Positions 8,704-17,026 of a stretch of 56,037 nt of DNA are shown piece by piece. This stretch comes from a virus (lineage: Duplodnaviria; Caudoviricetes). Positions within the stretch are counted from its first letter, which is position 1. Each line of letters starts with the position of its first letter. The translations under genes and the position numbers were made by a program. The DNA is taken from positions 1-56,037 of the IMG/VR virus record IMGVR_UViG_3300024998_000001; one strand, written 5' to 3'. Below the pieces are notes generated by a model. The model was not told the origin of the DNA. It was given only the letters and a program-made list of their open reading frames with translations, and searched no databases.

Positions 8704-10128
8704 TTACTCCGCTGCCTGAGTGACAGGTTCCTGGCCGCGGACGTGACCATCTTCCATGACGATGCCCACCGTCCCCGAACTATCCACACGTTCGATCCAA
8801 ACTTGGAAATCGCGCTCGTCCGCAAACTTGGCGAGCCGCTCCATCGCGTCATCGTCCAATAGCGAACCATCGCGGATGCGCAGCACCCGCAGTTTGGGGT
8901 TGAGGGCGGCGGCAATGGCCATCGAGACTTCAAGCTGTTCGGCATCGCTAGCCTGATCGAGCGGCACGCCGTTGTAGAGAACGATGCCATCCCCGAAGCC
9001 CAGGCCAGAGACCGGCATTTCAACCTGGTCGATCGCTTCCAGTTTGGACTGGTTGCGGGCCTCCATGGCATCGGTGAGCTTCTGCGCCTCGATCTGGGCA
9101 TGCTCCGCATGAACGAGTTCGGCGTTGCGCTTGACCCGGCTGGAAATACCGGCGTTGATCTCGTTCGCCTCGTCGATCTGCGCGCGGAGCGCCGCCACGT
9201 CTACAGGATCGGGCAGTTCGCCAGCGGCCGTGAGTTTGGAACGCAACTCCTCGATATTTGCCTGTCGCTCACTAGTTTGCTGTTTGAAGGTATTTACGAG
9301 CCGCTTAGCTTCTTCATCTGCCTCTTGCTTTGCTGCTTCAATTTTACGTTGGAGGATTTCGATCTGTGCCGCGTAATCGCTGACAATCCTGTCGCGGGCG
9401 TTCTCGACGCTCTGGAGCTTGTCTGGGAGGGCTCGGTGCATCCCGTCGATAAAGGCCTTGCCAGCTTCTATATCCTTGACCGCTTGTTCCCGATTGGCCC
9501 GGCGCCGCTCGATATCGGCATTATGCTCGGACGCCTCAGTCATCTGGTTGAGCAGGGCGTTTATGTCGACAGGTTCTTCGGGGAGGCCTTCGGGCACGGC
9601 AATGGATTGCGCCGCGGCAAGATGCTGCTTGGCGGTGCGGTTGAGGTCCGTGCGCTTGGCGTAGTCCTGCTTGTTCAACAGGTCAATTTCATCAAGGTCC
9701 ACCTTGAGCGGAACCAGTTTGCGCAACACGTCGAATTGCCCGCGCTCGTCCTTACGCATGAAGGCGAGCGGATCGAAGGTCAGTGCGCCCAGAAGGTCAT
9801 CCAGCATCCGTTGCGGGCTGGGGTATTTCGCGCCTTCAGCGGTCTTGACCGCCAGCGTGGAGGATTTCTCGGTGATCCTCCGCTCCACGATCAGTTCGGT
9901 TTTGCCGTGATCGCCCAGGTGAAGTTCGATACGGGCCTTGTCCTGGCCCTGCCGGATCGGCTGGCGCTGGATGTTTTCTGTGCCGGCGATGGCCCACCAG
10001 ATCGCATCCAGCACCGAGGTCTTGCCCTGTCGGTTTTTGCCGGTGATTTGCACCATGTTGCCGTCCGGCGTGATCTCCACCGCGACCAGCTTCTTGACGT
10101 TTTCTGCCGTCAACGAGATGATTTTCAT
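8704..10128 (-). CDS. SMC/Rad50-like ABC ATPase with long coiled coil
   Basis: MKIISL..ENVK, Walker A GKNRQGKTS, coiled coil, signature-like ASDAEQ, IRDGSLLD. Confidence 0.85.
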   Translation of the reverse strand: MKIISLTAENVKKLVAVEITPDGNMVQITGKNRQGKTSVLDAIWWAIAGTENIQRQPIRQGQDKARIELHLGDHGKTELIVERRITEKSSTLAVKTAEGAKYPSPQRMLDDLLGALTFDPLAFMRKDERGQFDVLRKLVPLKVDLDEIDLLNKQDYAKRTDLNRTAKQHLAAAQSIAVPEGLPEEPVDINALLNQMTEASEHNADIERRRANREQAVKDIEAGKAFIDGMHRALPDKLQSVENARDRIVSDYAAQIEILQRKIEAAKQEADEEAKRLVNTFKQQTSERQANIEELRSKLTAAGELPDPVDVAALRAQIDEANEINAGISSRVKRNAELVHAEHAQIEAQKLTDAMEARNQSKLEAIDQVEMPVSGLGFGDGIVLYNGVPLDQASDAEQLEVSMAIAAALNPKLRVLRIRDGSLLDDDAMERLAKFADERDFQVWIERVDSSGTVGIVMEDGHVRGQEPVTQAAE

Positions 10129-10139
10129 GTTCCTGCCTT

Positions 10140-11159
10140 TCAGAAATCGTCCCCGGTGCGCGCGGGCGCGGCATCGGTTTGGAAGGTGTTGGTGTTTGAG
10201 AGGACTTGGCCGAACGTCGTGGGCGGGGCGTCGTCTTCTGCCATCTGGTCAGCGGCGTCCGCGATCGAGCGTAGGTTGGGGCCGAACGGAACCAGCTTCT
10301 TGCGCTGGGCGTGCTCAAGCCGTTTCCAGAAGACCTCCAGAACCGCGCTACCGCCCTCCGCCGCTTCTTCGGCGTCGCGTTTCAGGTTCGTCAGTTCCGC
10401 GTCGATTGGAACGCCGCCGCGCACCCATTCCGCGATGCGAGCGCCGGTCTTGACCGATACCTGTTCACCTTCAGGAAAAGCGCCCAACAGATCGTCCGGG
10501 CACTTCAGAAGCTGAGGCACACCCTTCTTTCCGCTATCGGTGAAGAAAAGGCGCACCGTCATGTCATAGGGGAAGTATTTCTCCTGAACGGGTGTCCAGC
10601 CGGCGGAAACGATCTCTTCTTTGCCATCAGCCCCTTTGCGCTGGATCATCTTCTCCTTGGCGCGGAGACAAACAATAAGGTGCATGCGCGTGGTCAGAAG
10701 GGTCTGCACAAACTTCTTGTGCCGAGCCTTCGGGTTTGCCCACTTGGCTAGACCGGAGAGGGGAGTGCCCTTCTTTGTGGTGCCGCTGTCCGCGATCTCC
10801 ACCAGACCACCGATTCCTTCCCATTCGTGGGAGCCGGAATCGATAATCAGGCATTCATAGCCTGCCGCTTCCGCGGTCTTGATGGCCGCGATGTAGCGCT
10901 CTGGCGTGAAGGGTGGGGTCAACTCGCCGTAGTCGTAGCCTCCAGCCAGGTCCGCATAGATTTTGCCGCGCCCGGTCTCGGTATCGAGCAGTGCCAGCTT
11001 TCCTTCGGGTCCAACAAGGCCCCGGCCAAGCAAGATGGCTGAGAATGTCTTCCCGGCCCCGGAGTTGGCCTCCATCGTCACCAGCACATGCGAGCCTTCA
11101 CGCTTCGCGCGCGCGAAGGTCACGATTGGACCTTTGGAAATGTCTTTGATCGAATCCAT
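10140..11159 (-). CDS. Sak4-like (AAA_24) single-strand annealing ATPase
   Basis: SGAGKTFSA, LDTE.GRG..YAD, PPFTPERYI.AI, IIDSGSHEWEG.GG. Confidence 0.85.
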   Translation of the reverse strand: MDSIKDISKGPIVTFARAKREGSHVLVTMEANSGAGKTFSAILLGRGLVGPEGKLALLDTETGRGKIYADLAGGYDYGELTPPFTPERYIAAIKTAEAAGYECLIIDSGSHEWEGIGGLVEIADSGTTKKGTPLSGLAKWANPKARHKKFVQTLLTTRMHLIVCLRAKEKMIQRKGADGKEEIVSAGWTPVQEKYFPYDMTVRLFFTDSGKKGVPQLLKCPDDLLGAFPEGEQVSVKTGARIAEWVRGGVPIDAELTNLKRDAEEAAEGGSAVLEVFWKRLEHAQRKKLVPFGPNLRSIADAADQMAEDDAPPTTFGQVLSNTNTFQTDAAPARTGDDF

Positions 11160-11168
11160 TGTGCTTCC

Positions 11169-12077
11169 TCAGGCGAAGGGGCTTGCGCCGGTCTCGCGGG
11201 CCAACTGAGCGGCGCGCATCGGATTGACGGATGTTTCGCGCTCAGCCGCGGCCTCAAGGCGGTAGTAAGCCCAATCGGCCAAGCCGAGTTCGGAGATATC
11301 GGTCTCGTAATCAGGCCAGAAATCCTTGCGGCAGCATTCCGCATAAATCTTGAGCGCCTTGTCGTTGAGGCGGGCGCCATGGATCAGAGCGGCTTCCGCC
11401 GGCCGGATCACGCGCACGGCGTGAGGCGGCTCCATTTCGATGATGGCCCAGAGATAATCTTTGATGCCAAGTCCGTTTACTCGTTCGATGACATGCGCGT
11501 GCCATGGCGCTTGCTGAAACCAGCCGCCATCAAAAATCCGGCGCTGGATAAATTCGTCGCTGGCTTCTCCGACGCCTTTGACATCCACAACAACGCCATC
11601 TTCAGAGATGAAATCGGGGCGAGCCTTCACCCAAATCCCCGTCGCCTTGTCCTTCGCGAAGAAACACTTCTCCGCCTCGCCAGCCTTCATGACTTTGGAG
11701 AGAACAGGATGGCTGAGCACCCGTTCTGCCGCCGCTTGCGCCAGTTCGTAGTTTTTTTGAAGGATGGGTGTCTTGCCCATTTTGATGGCAAGGTCACGGT
11801 GCTCCTGAGCCGCCTTGGTTCTGAAATCAGGCGCTTTGATGATTTCGACGGCCGAGGCGCTCTTGAACGGCTCCAGAATAAGCGAATGGATGACCGTACC
11901 CAGATCAGGATTGCGTGCGCTCTCGCGAATAGTCAGGCGCTCCGCGATGAGATGGGCTGGCGTCTTGTTGGTCAAAATTCTCGCTTCTGTGGAAGAGAGC
12001 GACGGCCCATCGCAGCATTGCGAATGGTAGACCTCCATCGGCAGGTCGTAGATTCCGGGTTGTGTGATTTGTGTCAT
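11169..12077 (-). CDS. RecE/Exonuclease VIII-like PD-(D/E)XK nuclease (DUF3799)
   Basis: PGIYD....YH, SLSST, GTVIHSLILEP, KARPDF, VDVK, QAPWH. Confidence 0.85.
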   Translation of the reverse strand: MTQITQPGIYDLPMEVYHSQCCDGPSLSSTEARILTNKTPAHLIAERLTIRESARNPDLGTVIHSLILEPFKSASAVEIIKAPDFRTKAAQEHRDLAIKMGKTPILQKNYELAQAAAERVLSHPVLSKVMKAGEAEKCFFAKDKATGIWVKARPDFISEDGVVVDVKGVGEASDEFIQRRIFDGGWFQQAPWHAHVIERVNGLGIKDYLWAIIEMEPPHAVRVIRPAEAALIHGARLNDKALKIYAECCRKDFWPDYETDISELGLADWAYYRLEAAAERETSVNPMRAAQLARETGASPFA

Positions 12078-12080
12078 TGC

Positions 12081-12185
12081 TCAGCCTTTCAGCATGATCA
12101 CGAGAACGTCAGCCGCGACGAAGCTGGCAACGAAAAATGCGACCAGGCTGATCGCGGCCAGAATGTCGTCAATCCATTCGCGCAT
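12081..12185 (-). CDS. Small single-TM protein (34 aa)
   Basis: MREWIDDILAAISLVAFFVASFVAADVLVIMLKG; start coupled to the upstream stop. Confidence 0.45.
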   Translation of the reverse strand: MREWIDDILAAISLVAFFVASFVAADVLVIMLKG

Positions 12186-12298
12186 CACATCACCCCATAG
12201 TGGTAAGCGTTGATCCCGTGCGCGATGACGAGCGCAAAGATGATGATTGAGGCGATCAGGATGGTGAGACAGATCAGTCTTTTGATGTGGTTCATCAT
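12185..12298 (-). CDS. Small single-TM protein (37 aa, not in the ORF track)
   Basis: MMNHIKRLICLTILIASIIIFALVIAHGINAYHYGVM; ATGA overlap and ggagg RBS. Confidence 0.45.
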   Translation of the reverse strand: MMNHIKRLICLTILIASIIIFALVIAHGINAYHYGVM

Positions 12299-12522
12299 GC
12301 GGCCTCCGAAAAATATTCAGGCCATGGGCCGCCATGCACGACCGAATGTTCGGTGTAGGGGGCTCGCACAGGGCAGAACGGTTGCTTGCAAACCAGCGCT
12401 TCAATGAATGCGCCCACGTCCCAGACGGGAGGTTGCGCGCATGTGCGCGTCGATCCGTAATCATCCAGATCACCGCAGGCGCCGTTGTCGCGGGCATATG
12501 CGTCCTGATACCAGCAGCTCAT
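12295..12522 (-). CDS. Hypothetical protein
   Basis: Coupled to neighbours on both sides; ends ...EAA like many early genes. Confidence 0.45.
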   Translation of the reverse strand: MSCWYQDAYARDNGACGDLDDYGSTRTCAQPPVWDVGAFIEALVCKQPFCPVRAPYTEHSVVHGGPWPEYFSEAA

Positions 12523-12686
12523 CAGCCTTCTCCCGCGCTACGGTCGATCAGCACCGAATGAGCGCATTCAGTGCACACCTCTCGCGTGCCGAATTGCGTT
12601 TCGATGCGATGGATGCGGCCGGCACACGTCTCGCTATGGCGTAGACCCAGCGCGATCAGGATGCGGGTGAGGAAGCGGCGGATCAT
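12522..12686 (-). CDS. Small Cys-containing hypothetical protein
   Basis: MIRRFL... start overlaps the upstream stop; C..C motif. Confidence 0.4.
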   Translation of the reverse strand: MIRRFLTRILIALGLRHSETCAGRIHRIETQFGTREVCTECAHSVLIDRSAGEG

Positions 12687-12916
12687 TGCGCACCACCCTT
12701 GGCACGCTCTGACAACATGGCGTCGGCGGCGGCATAGGCGCTTTTTGCAACACGTTCCCAATAGTGCGGATTGTCTGAGTTTTCGTGGATACGCATGTTT
12801 GCAAGCGCCTGCGCCGCGAAGTAATCGCGGAGTGACATTCCCGGATCAACGCGACCTGCACCACCTGGGTAGGACACTGTCTGAGCCGGAAAAGCGGGTC
12901 CGCCGTCATTCTTCAT
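12683..12916 (-). CDS. Conserved small phage protein
   Basis: GGPAFP...GMSLRDYFAAQAL...AY.AADAML motif, widespread in phages. Confidence 0.8.
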   Translation of the reverse strand: MKNDGGPAFPAQTVSYPGGAGRVDPGMSLRDYFAAQALANMRIHENSDNPHYWERVAKSAYAAADAMLSERAKGGAQ

Positions 12917-13257
12917 TGCGCACCGCCTTCAGCCTTGGCGATGGCGGTGCGAGCGCCGACAAGGATGGCGTCCAAGCCGTAATCCATGGCACGGTCCAGC
13001 CCTTCTTCGCCGGGGAATTCGTCAGCGAAGTCTTTCAGCGCCGCCAGTAATTCCGCGCGCTGCTCGTCAAGCTGTCTGGGTGTCAGATTGGTATTGAAAT
13101 AGGCGACGCCAGCCTCCGCGATGAACTGCGCGGTATCATCGCTTGCCGTTGTGCAGACGATGGAACCATCGGCCGCTCGAACCTCTGCAGGCCCCTCAGC
13201 AATGTGCTGCGGAAACCATATCCAGGGTGTGGGCTGAACGGGCTGCGATGCCATCAC
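12913..13257 (-). CDS. Hypothetical phage protein
   Basis: TPW...ELLAALK...ARTAIAKAEG pattern. Confidence 0.65.
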   Translation of the reverse strand: MMASQPVQPTPWIWFPQHIAEGPAEVRAADGSIVCTTASDDTAQFIAEAGVAYFNTNLTPRQLDEQRAELLAALKDFADEFPGEEGLDRAMDYGLDAILVGARTAIAKAEGGAQ

Positions 13258-13655
13258 ATAGCCTCCCGGCGGGCGAGGACGTCCCGAACCGCTTTAATGG
13301 CTTTGCGAGTCTCGGGTTCGAGGTTGTCGGTGTTGAGATCGGGTGCGGCGAGCAGGTCCTCAATCGCGCGTGTCAGATCGCTGGGGTAATCCGCACGCTC
13401 GATGGTGACGCGATAGGGAGCGCCCAACACCTCACACCGGATCGCCTTGGTGCTGCTGATCAGATAGCCGCCGGTGGGGTGAAGGTCAGATTTGACCCGG
13501 CTCACGTCGCGGACAAAGCCGTCCTTGGCGCTGTCTTCCCGAAGACCGGCGGCGATGCGCAGCGCGATTTCACCGGAATAGTCGGTAAGCCTCGCAATGC
13601 GGTCCGAAGCCTTCGAGAAGGCGTCGAAGACCGACTGGGGAGCCATGACGGTCAT
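13254..13655 (-). CDS. Hypothetical protein
   Basis: Coupled ORF in the leftward operon. Confidence 0.55.
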   Translation of the reverse strand: MTVMAPQSVFDAFSKASDRIARLTDYSGEIALRIAAGLREDSAKDGFVRDVSRVKSDLHPTGGYLISSTKAIRCEVLGAPYRVTIERADYPSDLTRAIEDLLAAPDLNTDNLEPETRKAIKAVRDVLARREAM

Positions 13656-13840
13656 GCCGCACTCCCGGCCAACTGGCGCTCAGCAAGCTCTACGATCTGT
13701 TCGAGGTGATCGAGACGGACAGGCGCCCGGCCGTAGCCGAGGGCCTTGGACCGGCGGATACGGGCCCGGAGATAGGCCAGCGTGGCCGCGGTCAGAACCG
13801 TTCCGCGTGGCGCTTTCGGGGTTGAAATATCGGGTTGCAA
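13652..13840 (-). CDS. First gene of the leftward operon, hypothetical
   Basis: TTG start at 13840 with gaggg RBS, downstream of the predicted PL. The track start at 13897 lies inside the promoter. Confidence 0.45.
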   Translation of the reverse strand: MQPDISTPKAPRGTVLTAATLAYLRARIRRSKALGYGRAPVRLDHLEQIVELAERQLAGSAA

Positions 13841-13868
13841 TTCGTCCCTCCGACAACGGTATGGAGGG

Positions 13869-13908
13869 AAGGTAAGAATTGCTTTCGTTGTCGTCAAGTG
13901 ATACTTAC
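13869..13908 (-). promoter_or_regulatory. PL-like promoter with two repressor operators
   Basis: Minus strand TTGACG-17-TACCTT. Operators GTAAG-aattg-CTTTC (13872-13886) and TCAAG-tgata-CTTAC (13894-13908) match those at cro. Confidence 0.8.
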
Positions 13909-13990
13909 GTTGATGACGTCATTTTTTCTGCCCCGCGGCCCAGATGGTCGGCCGGGTAGGCCTGACGGCCGCTTTTCAGGGATATAGGCT

Positions 13991-14854
13991 ATGAAAGCCG
14001 GACCACGATTCACCTTTATCGAAGCCCTCACGGGGTTTCGTCTCACCAGCCGGCACTTCAAGCCGGATGCCAACTACGTGGTGATGGACAGTTATTGGGA
14101 TGAGAGCGGTACCCATGGGGAGGGTTCGCCCGCCGTGATTATGGCCGGGTTTGGCGCCACGGCAGCCCAATGGGTGGGCTTTGAGAAGCGACTGACCAGG
14201 CTCTTTGCGGACTACGGTGTCAAAACCTTTCACGCCAAGGACTTACGCGGCACAAAGGGGGACTTCCGCGGTTGGGATATGGAGAAGAAAGGAAGGTTCA
14301 ACAGCCGCTTTCTTCGGATTATCGACGAGCAATTGTCGTTTGGTGTCGCCACCGTCGTCGCGCCAGAGGACTACAAAGCTCATTACGGTCAGAAGCCTTT
14401 TCCGCGAAAGGCCCGGAAAGATAGCCAATATGGACTGCTGTTTCGGATCGCCTTGGGCCGCTCCATCATGTTCATGCGCGAGCGGCCGCGGTCGGATTGG
14501 CCTCTGAATGTGGTGCTGGAATGCGGTCACCCGAACGCCGGGGATGCGCTTCGCATCTTCGGCGAAGTGAAGGCGATCCCGAGAAACACCGCAATTCTTG
14601 GCAGAATATCGTTCGATACTAAGCAGGGGTGTCTGCCGTTGGCGGTAGCAGATTCCCTGGCCTATGCCATGTTTCGAACCGTGGGGGGATATGTGGGGCA
14701 TCCAACCGATCCCGATGCCGTCCCCGTTGGGCCATCTGATCCGCCCTATTACACGCACAAAGTGCCCACGCGATGCGTTCAAATCCGAGAGAAGGCCCTT
14801 CGCGCGCTCGATCGGGATCATCGCCAGGTAGCGGGAAAGGCAGGGCGCCGATGA
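13991..14854 (+). CDS. DUF3800-family protein (RNase H-like fold)
   Basis: YWDESG N-terminal acidic motif, FHAKD, C-terminal LAVADSLAY; oriented against the early operon. Confidence 0.8.
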   Translation: MKAGPRFTFIEALTGFRLTSRHFKPDANYVVMDSYWDESGTHGEGSPAVIMAGFGATAAQWVGFEKRLTRLFADYGVKTFHAKDLRGTKGDFRGWDMEKKGRFNSRFLRIIDEQLSFGVATVVAPEDYKAHYGQKPFPRKARKDSQYGLLFRIALGRSIMFMRERPRSDWPLNVVLECGHPNAGDALRIFGEVKAIPRNTAILGRISFDTKQGCLPLAVADSLAYAMFRTVGGYVGHPTDPDAVPVGPSDPPYYTHKVPTRCVQIREKALRALDRDHRQVAGKAGRR

Positions 14855-15063
14855 TCAGTTTAACGGCTACAGCACTCGTTCAGATCAGCGTACTCCTGTT
14901 TTTTGGTGGCGCGATCTCAATGATCTACAAACTCGATCAGCAGTTGCTTCTCTTGGAAAAGCGTGTGGAGGATCTCGAAGATCAGCGCACGGCCGCTAGC
15001 GTGGTCTCGCTCAGGCCGGGTTCGCCGGCGCCCCCGCCCGATTGGGACAATGTACTGACTTAG
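14851..15063 (+). CDS. Small membrane-anchored coiled-coil protein
   Basis: ATGA overlap with DUF3800; N-terminal hydrophobic helix followed by LLLLEKRVEDLE. Confidence 0.55.
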   Translation: MISLTATALVQISVLLFFGGAISMIYKLDQQLLLLEKRVEDLEDQRTAASVVSLRPGSPAPPPDWDNVLT

Positions 15064-15107
15064 GGAGCATACGGGCCAGACCAGTCCCAGAGAGGGGCGG
15101 GAGCGTC

Positions 15108-15190
15108 CCGGAGCGTGTCCGGAATGTGGCTGCGGCGGGACAAGCGCTCCTGTCCGGCCTGTTTCCACATTCGTCGGATGCGTCGTCCGG
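15108..15190 (+). ncRNA. Long imperfect RNA hairpin (candidate structured ncRNA)
   Basis: Nested pairings ccgga/tccgg, gcgtgtccgg/tcggatgcgt (G-U pairs work only on the + strand), aatgtgg/ccacatt and ggaca/tgtcc, in an intergenic gap. Confidence 0.5.
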
Positions 15191-15413
15191 TCACTAGCCT
15201 TAGTTCGACCTGCGACTATCAGTATTATCAATAGGTTATATGATATTTGGGGTATGGGGTGGTTTGCGGAACATCACAATACTGTTAGTGCTCTTTACAG
15301 AAGCCTCCCAGATTCCGATATAGTTAACGTGGAATCCGTTGAAATCCCTGCTGTGGCTTAGTTTTTGCAAAAGTCACGATATCGCCGCGCGGCCCACATA
15401 ATGCTGTCAAATC

Positions 15414-15429
15414 TTAATCGCAGCTTAAC
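15414..15429. promoter_or_regulatory. CtrA-type binding site
   Basis: TTAA-tcgcagc-TTAAC is an exact TTAA-N7-TTAAC, about 75 bp upstream of the putative TA operon. Confidence 0.6.
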
Positions 15430-15502
15430 CAGCGCGAGGCTTTGATTGGGTGCGCGACAGACTTTGGTGCTTTGTGGGTACAAGAATACAAGGAATGAAG
15501 CG

Positions 15503-15691
15503 ATGACTGGGCTGAAGCGTTCGACAGGATCAAACAAGGGCTACATCCGGCCGGAGATTGTTCCCTGCGATCATTCCGATGAGATTAGCGATGAGGCGTT
15601 CACAAAACTGCGCAATGCCGTCGCTGACATCAACGATCCGAACCATAAGCGTGTGATCGTAAACAGCATCGATTTTATCGAACTGCTGTAA
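15503..15691 (+). CDS. Putative antitoxin / small protein
   Basis: 62-aa ORF with aagga RBS immediately upstream of a PemK-like gene; function inferred from position only. Confidence 0.5.
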   Translation: MTGLKRSTGSNKGYIRPEIVPCDHSDEISDEAFTKLRNAVADINDPNHKRVIVNSIDFIELL

Positions 15692-15701
15692 AGACGCGCG
15701 C

Positions 15702-16139
15702 GTGTCGTGGTCTTATTACCCGGTTTCGACGCTGCCGGCGCCTTACGATGTCGTTCTTTGCCAATTTCCGGAAGATCTCGATCTTCAAAAGCCGCCGCTC
15801 AAGATGCGGCCGGGAATAGTGCTTCAGACAGCACACAGCGAAGAAGGTTTCATACCTGAGGTAAGGCTCATCTACGGGACGTCTAAAACCAAATTGCAGA
15901 AACGGCCGTTTGATCTGATCGTGATGAATAATCAGGCGATGTACGATGCCGGACTTAATCGAGCAACACGCTTTGATTTAGATAAGATCATTTGGATGCC
16001 CTGGGCAGCCGAGTTTTTCAAAAAACCAGACCATCCACATTATTATGGTCCAGTTATCGGTCATCTCAATGACAATACGCGGCGGCTACTGGGTCATTTG
16101 CTTGTTGAACGAGATCGTCGCCGTCGCGCCGGACTTTGA
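15702..16139 (+). CDS. PemK/MazF-like toxin
   Basis: DVVLCQFP......K.RPGIVL...YGTS...GL.RATRFDL. Confidence 0.7.
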   Translation: MSWSYYPVSTLPAPYDVVLCQFPEDLDLQKPPLKMRPGIVLQTAHSEEGFIPEVRLIYGTSKTKLQKRPFDLIVMNNQAMYDAGLNRATRFDLDKIIWMPWAAEFFKKPDHPHYYGPVIGHLNDNTRRLLGHLLVERDRRRRAGL

Positions 16140-16194
16140 GTTGCTCCTACCTCCCACACCTAAGTGAACGTCAGCGTTAGCGGAGGGTGACGCA

Positions 16195-16614
16195 TTAGCG
16201 GCCTTTTATCTGACTGATGATGTTGTCCGGACGCACGTAGCAGATTGCAAACGCTGGCTCTCCCCGCGCTGCAACGCCCATTGCCGCCATGGGCAAGCTG
16301 GCACGCCATCCTTTGCCGGTCTGCGTCATCGCACTGTCGATATCCGATTTGACGAGGGTCGCGTTGGCGCTCGCATCGCCTTTGCTGTGCAGGCAATCGA
16401 CGATCCTGTCGACGGCGCTCGACTTGGCAAACCCATCAAGCCCAACCCAAATTATAAAAACCAGAAAGAGCGCCAAAACCACCATGGCGGCAATAAATGC
16501 ACGGTTGTCCTTGCGGCGGGCCGCTTCTTCTTTGGATGGAGGCTGTTCTCGCGCGCAGACTTTACAGACGGTCGCGCCTTCGTTCATTTCTTCAAGGCAG
16601 TAGGCGCATTTCAC
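16195..16614 (-). CDS. Zinc-ribbon single-TM membrane protein
   Basis: CAYC...CKVC N-terminus, then one TM helix and an extracytoplasmic domain with 2 Cys. Confidence 0.7.
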   Translation of the reverse strand: MKCAYCLEEMNEGATVCKVCAREQPPSKEEAARRKDNRAFIAAMVVLALFLVFIIWVGLDGFAKSSAVDRIVDCLHSKGDASANATLVKSDIDSAMTQTGKGWRASLPMAAMGVAARGEPAFAICYVRPDNIISQIKGR

Positions 16615-17018
16615 GACGTTTCTTCCTCTCCATCGCCAGCACCGCCATCGATCACCTTGAACCGCTTCAGCGGATCGTCTGGTTTGAGATCAACGGCAAT
16701 CGTGACGACCGGCCCGCCTACAAAGTCTCGAATAAGGCTGAGAACTGCCCCTTTTTCATGATCTTCCAGTTCTTTGAGAGGTGCCGTAAATATGCGGCCC
16801 TTGAAGCAAAGCAGATATCCCTCCAGCCCAAAGAGAGGCTTTGGCCAATTCGTCTGTTCGAATAGGAAGGGTTTGAGTGCCGTTTCATCGCCGATTGCGA
16901 TCGATACTGGCCGTGGCGGTTCGCTTATAAGAAGTTCGGCCTGAACCATTCCGTCCTGGGTTCGAGTGAGGGTGCCGACTTCCTTGATCGTCAGACCCTT
17001 CTTTAGGTCGAACGGCAT
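16611..17018 (-). CDS. Hypothetical protein co-transcribed with the repressor
   Basis: Starts 8 bp after the cI stop; ATGA overlap with the next gene. Confidence 0.6.
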   Translation of the reverse strand: MPFDLKKGLTIKEVGTLTRTQDGMVQAELLISEPPRPVSIAIGDETALKPFLFEQTNWPKPLFGLEGYLLCFKGRIFTAPLKELEDHEKGAVLSLIRDFVGGPVVTIAVDLKPDDPLKRFKVIDGGAGDGEEETS

Positions 17019-17026
17019 AGCGAAAC

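Noticed and set aside
9100-12200. Long + strand ORFs (471 aa at 9100-10515, 370 aa at 11088-12200) and similar ones at 308-1084, 5631-6500, 29159-30397, 33214-34164 and 38766-39761
   Set aside because: They are antisense shadows of motif-bearing genes, expected in high-GC coding DNA, and have no RBS or recognisable motifs.
13841-13897. ORF-track N-terminal extension of 13652-13897 (likewise the extended starts at 47402, 52736, 20102, 19280 and 55826)
   Set aside because: The extensions overlap promoters or upstream genes; downstream starts have an RBS or stop-start coupling.
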